From Epithemia pelagica (taxonomy: Eukaryota; Protista; Bacillariophyta): DNA of 64,000 nucleotides. The notes beneath the pieces were generated by a model. It searched no databases, was not told the origin of the DNA, and saw only the letters and a program-made list of their open reading frames with translations. A program made the position numbers and the translations under genes. Within the stretch, counting starts at the first letter, position 1; the number at the start of each line of letters is the position of its first letter. Location of the stretch: the NCBI GenBank assembly GCA_946965045.2, contig OX337238.1:1736001-1800000 (forward strand), read 5' to 3'. Positions 59,986 through 64,000 of the stretch are shown piece by piece.

Positions 59986-61152
59986 GACGTCCTTGCTTTG
60001 ACTTGTGGTGATCCTCGTCGAAATCAGAACCCCACGAATAGACAAGAGTAGAAATTCATACCATATAGAAAGAATACAGGAGTCATTCAACATTGCGGAT
60101 CGGATAGAACATATCGTCAAGACTATTCGTTCAGATATAGGCACGACGTTAGCTTGGGTTTGGTTGTGATTGCTACCGAGAAAGCAACGTCAATCGTCTT
60201 CCGAGAGCATGGGAACTTTTAGATCGGAGGTGGTGGGAGTCTCCTCAGCCTTGTTGGTGCTGGTACCAGCTCGGTTTACGTGTTGGTTATGGTGGTCTCC
60301 CGACATTTGATGGCGAGGCCGTATGTGGGTTTCGTGTATTCGGCCGAGAAGCGCGCATCGTTGTTGGTTCGCCTTTGCTCCCGTACTGGCAAGGATGCTT
60401 CTGGTTCGGTTCGCTTGACACAATCAATGGTGGCTTGAGCAATGGATCGCCAGTGTCCGCAGATAAGCTATCAGCCCATGGTTCCATCCCCATGAATTGT
60501 CCCCGAATCAAACTGATTTGGTATGATCACCAACCAGAAGCCATCGGCCAACCGTTGCGGCTCTTCTTTTTTCTTTCGTGCCGTGTTACACTTCTTTACG
60601 AGTAGACTCTCTACTCTATACTCGTAAGTCGCAGCAGTTTGGTCTTGATCCTTTAAATAAATAATGTGTACTTGCGCGACTGGTGCGATAGAGCCTCGCG
60701 ATAGCTCGCAAGATCTGTCGCCCGCGAATGAGGAAGCGCTGCACAATAAAAAACAAAGCCCGTACATTTCGCTTGCTTTTCTCCAGGAAGTTGCTACCAT
60801 CAATAAGTGAGCAGCAACGAAGAAAATGATAATCCCCTTTACGTAGTCGTTGCTGATGAGCAAATCAGAAGTAGTTGACGGCTATTCGGTCGTTTCGCTG
60901 TTTGCTGTTCTACAAAGCTGTCTGTCTAAGGTTGACCTGTTGAATTCTGGTTCCAATGATTTTGTTGAAGGTTATAATCCCACGCACTAAGCCCCAAGTT
61001 TTGTGACTAGAACGACGGTGTTGTCCGAACGAAATTCCATCGGCTGGTGGCGTTAGGTGTCTTTCTGTTGGGGTTCTTGGATTGGTTGGTTTTGATGAGA
61101 CGATTATGAAGAAAAGACCGACGTGGTTGTTGTGTTTTTTTCTTGACTTGTC

Positions 61153-63922
61153 TTACTTTCGCGAAGTTGTCTTGACTCTTTCTGTCATCATAGCGACTAG
61201 TTCCTTTCCAAAACATTCCCACTGTTCTCGATTGCGAATGGCATAATTCCAATATTCGTCACTGGACACACCAAACACACCACAGTCTAGGAGTTTGCAA
61301 GCCAAGGGAAGTATGTGGGAATCCCACAAGTCCAATTGAGCCGTGTACCAATATTCGGCGGGATGCTGTGTGGCACGACCCTGCGAAAAGGCTTGGTAAC
61401 ACTCGACAAACAAGCGTTCGTTCCATTTACGATAGACATGCCAATGTTGCATGGCATGAGCCACATCAGATGCTTGTATCAAGTGTTCCAACACAAGGGT
61501 GGCCTTGCGATTCACCATTATTTGAGACTGTTAGTCTTGCCCTTTATTGAGAGATTGTCCTTGTTGTTGGGTGAATGAGAGCGGGCTGGACGTTGTGGTC
61601 GTAGTTGTCGCCGTTTCGTGGTGATGGCTCAAGAGATTTCGAGCACTGCGACTTCGTTTGTGCTGGTCCAGTTTCTTGTTGTTGCTGCTGTAGGGGAATT
61701 CCTTGTTCCAACGCTCGTTCCGCATGGCTTGAAGTTCGGGATCCATCACATCAGTGGCCAAGACCAAATGGATCAAGAGTTGTCGAAAGCGTTGGAATTC
61801 CTCTTGTGTCGTGTAAATGGCCGACCTCAAATTTTGAAATCTATCTTCCAAGAGCTTGGTCCAGCCTAATCCAAACGCATGTTGTTCCGCCATACTCTGT
61901 TCCTTGTATTGAGTCGCCCAAATATGTCCTTCCGTAACCAGTTGACGATTCGGAACACCGGGATGATCGACGGTGTGCATCAAGGCTGCCAGGACACAAG
62001 AAAATTGCGTCAAGGGATCCGAAATTATGCCATGGGTAGGGTCGTGTCCTGACTTGGTGTTATTGTCCTGTGGTTTCTCCCCCGACGACAAGCTTGCAGT
62101 GTTGGTTTCCTCGACTGCTGATGATGATGCGCGCTTTTCCAAATCCATGGGAGATGGAGCCACAACGCGAGACAACAACTTGACGACGGACATAGCCACA
62201 TGAGCCGAATGGTCAAAATTGTGAAATGCGTGGTCACGGTGCCGATCGGCCATTTCCATGACATAAAGGACCAACTCGTCGTATACCGTCGCAGGCAATT
62301 CGGAGTTACTTGTAGCAGGGTCATCCTTGTCACCATCTCGTTGGGTCGGTTTCAAAGCAGTTTGGTAAGTCCACGAGGGACGTTCGGCCGTTTCCTTCAC
62401 TTCTTCGAGAATTGTTGTACTTCGGTTCGCCAGAGATTGCATGTATTTGGATTCATCAAAGCGTGATGACGGTTGTGAAGATTTTCTTGCAAATCCAACA
62501 CTGTGTAGTTTGCCTTGTTTCTTGGTCGCCATTTGCTGGTTTCGTTGTTCAAAATTTTGTTTCAAAAACGAAAAGAGTATTTCAGTGTACCAATTAATTA
62601 GCCGGGTAGCCTTGCTGTTCTCCTCGAGGGAGAGAGGATCCGTGTCATGGGAGGACGAAGCAGCCGACTCAGAATGCCGTGTCGAACGGTCATCGGCACT
62701 AGACCTTTTAAACCAATATGTTTTGAGAACCCCCTTGCCTTTGGCCGCAACGGATTGTTCACGTGGCGTGACCCAGTGTTGCTTCCCAGCCTTGATCAAG
62801 AGATTGGCCGTTTCTTCGGAAATGTGAATCTTATTGGCTTCTCCCGTGCTTTCCATTCGCGACGCCGTATTCATGCTATCCCCAAAGAGCTGAAATCGAG
62901 ATCGGTCTCCACGCAAAACTCCTGCCGTGACGGGCCCACTGTGAATTCCAACGCGGAGGCTCAAGTCACCCGTTCCCGGTCCCAAACTGATTTCAAGTCG
63001 TCGTGTCAGGTCCATCATTTGATTAGAACATTCACGCGCAAACCGTGCCATGGCAACGGCGTGGTCCTTGCGCACATCGGGGAGACCACAAACGGCCACA
63101 TAACAATCTCCTACCATTTCAACCTTGAACACACCACGGCGCTTAGCACATCTATCGAAACGACCATTAGTAAATGACAAGATCAAGGTGAGAAAAAGAA
63201 CAGGATCATTCAACAAGAGCGTCAGTTGTCGAATTTCTTACAAGTCAAAGGCATGAAAGATTGTTTCCAACAGAATGAATATTTGCGATGGTTCTCGAAC
63301 CGAACTTTATGCATTAAATCCCCATATATCGGCAAACATGATGGTTGTTTCTGTAAACAAATCCGCGACAGGCTTTGACGAAAGAAGCCATTCGGTATCA
63401 TCTCCAGATGTAGCACCGCCAAAGTCACTGTCATGACTTGTTGTGGCACCATGTTCGCTCTGTTCGGCAAGGTAGCCCTTAACATGCGTCTTGGCTGGTT
63501 TCATGGCAGAGAAAAAGGGAATGGCGATACCACCGCCGCCTCCACCCGTTCCCACACCAGTCTGTTTGGTCGAGTCATTTGGAGGTACCGTATTGTCTCG
63601 AGCCGCAAAGAAGCGATTGCAAAATTGAAGACGCCAGCGTCCCGGATCGGACCGCCGTGTCCAGCATTTTGGCATTCCGGCGTCGTACGTAGACATCGTA
63701 AATCAAAAATATGACAGCCATGACACCAAAAATGACAGCCATCAAAATGGCGACCACGAGAGGAAGATTCGATTCGTTATCTTGCATGTACACGGACGTA
63801 GGGGACACGATGAACTTGTAGCTACAATATCCTGTCGGCCATTCGAGAGAATTGGTCGTGGCATACAAGACTTCGTCAAACAAGATTTCCTTTTGAATAT
63901 GAGCATACGCAGGATCTCTCAA
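61153..63922 (-). pseudogene. Receptor-type adenylate/guanylate cyclase with C-terminal PDEase (HD) domain; 5' part outside the window
   Basis: TM segment, ADLFTETTIMFADI.GF.A*SSVREP, VGDCYVAVCGLP, RVGIHSGPVTAGVLRG..SRFQLFGDSMNTASRMES, HAFHNFDH..HV, H.VDHPGV.N, IQASDVAH.MQHW. Stops at 63307-63309 and 61531-61533; frameshift near 63620. Confidence 0.88.
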
Positions 63923-64000
63923 ATCTCCTTCACCCAGGAGAATCGGCTGAAGCGTCGACCATCACAACCGAAAGAAGGTTGATGCGAAGTGAGAGCATCT

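Noticed and set aside
60100-60900. ORF 60471-60863 and neighbours as a gene or TE
   Set aside because: No recognisable motifs or boundaries.
33-63922. Stop-codon reassignment or programmed readthrough explaining the many in-frame stops
   Set aside because: All three stop types occur and replace different residues (R, W, K, S/T). They co-occur with frameshifts, and long essential ORFs have none.
1-64000. tRNA, rRNA or snRNA genes
   Set aside because: No convincing cloverleaf, A/B-box pair or rRNA signature seen by eye; tRNAscan-SE or Infernal would be needed to exclude them.

Overview
Eukaryotic nuclear DNA, most consistent with a raphid pennate diatom: about 90-nt GT-AG introns, bipartite plastid-type presequences, diatom-type double-SET proteins, and a cyclase-PDE receptor gene. 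The window has two kinds of content. (1) Intact, apparently single-copy genes: a 1335-aa membrane protein, XRN1-like exoribonuclease, proteasome beta5, a C2HC zinc-finger protein, AlaRS, and an amine-oxidase/CFA-synthase fusion. (2) A duplicated and decaying accessory layer: a piggyBac-like transposase with a matching MITE, a hAT-type non-autonomous element, a Crinkler/RHS-type NTPase-REase gene, four tandem double-SET genes, five MDR oxidoreductase copies or fragments, and broken ABCA, HMG-box and cyclase genes. The most striking observation is that the XRN1-like ORF runs without a stop into the propeptide and catalytic Thr1 (HG|TTT) of proteasome beta5. One 88-nt intron joins it to the rest of a catalytically complete beta5, predicting a 1779-aa RNase-protease fusion that may self-cleave. 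All assignments come from motif recognition and manual alignment; no database searches were run.
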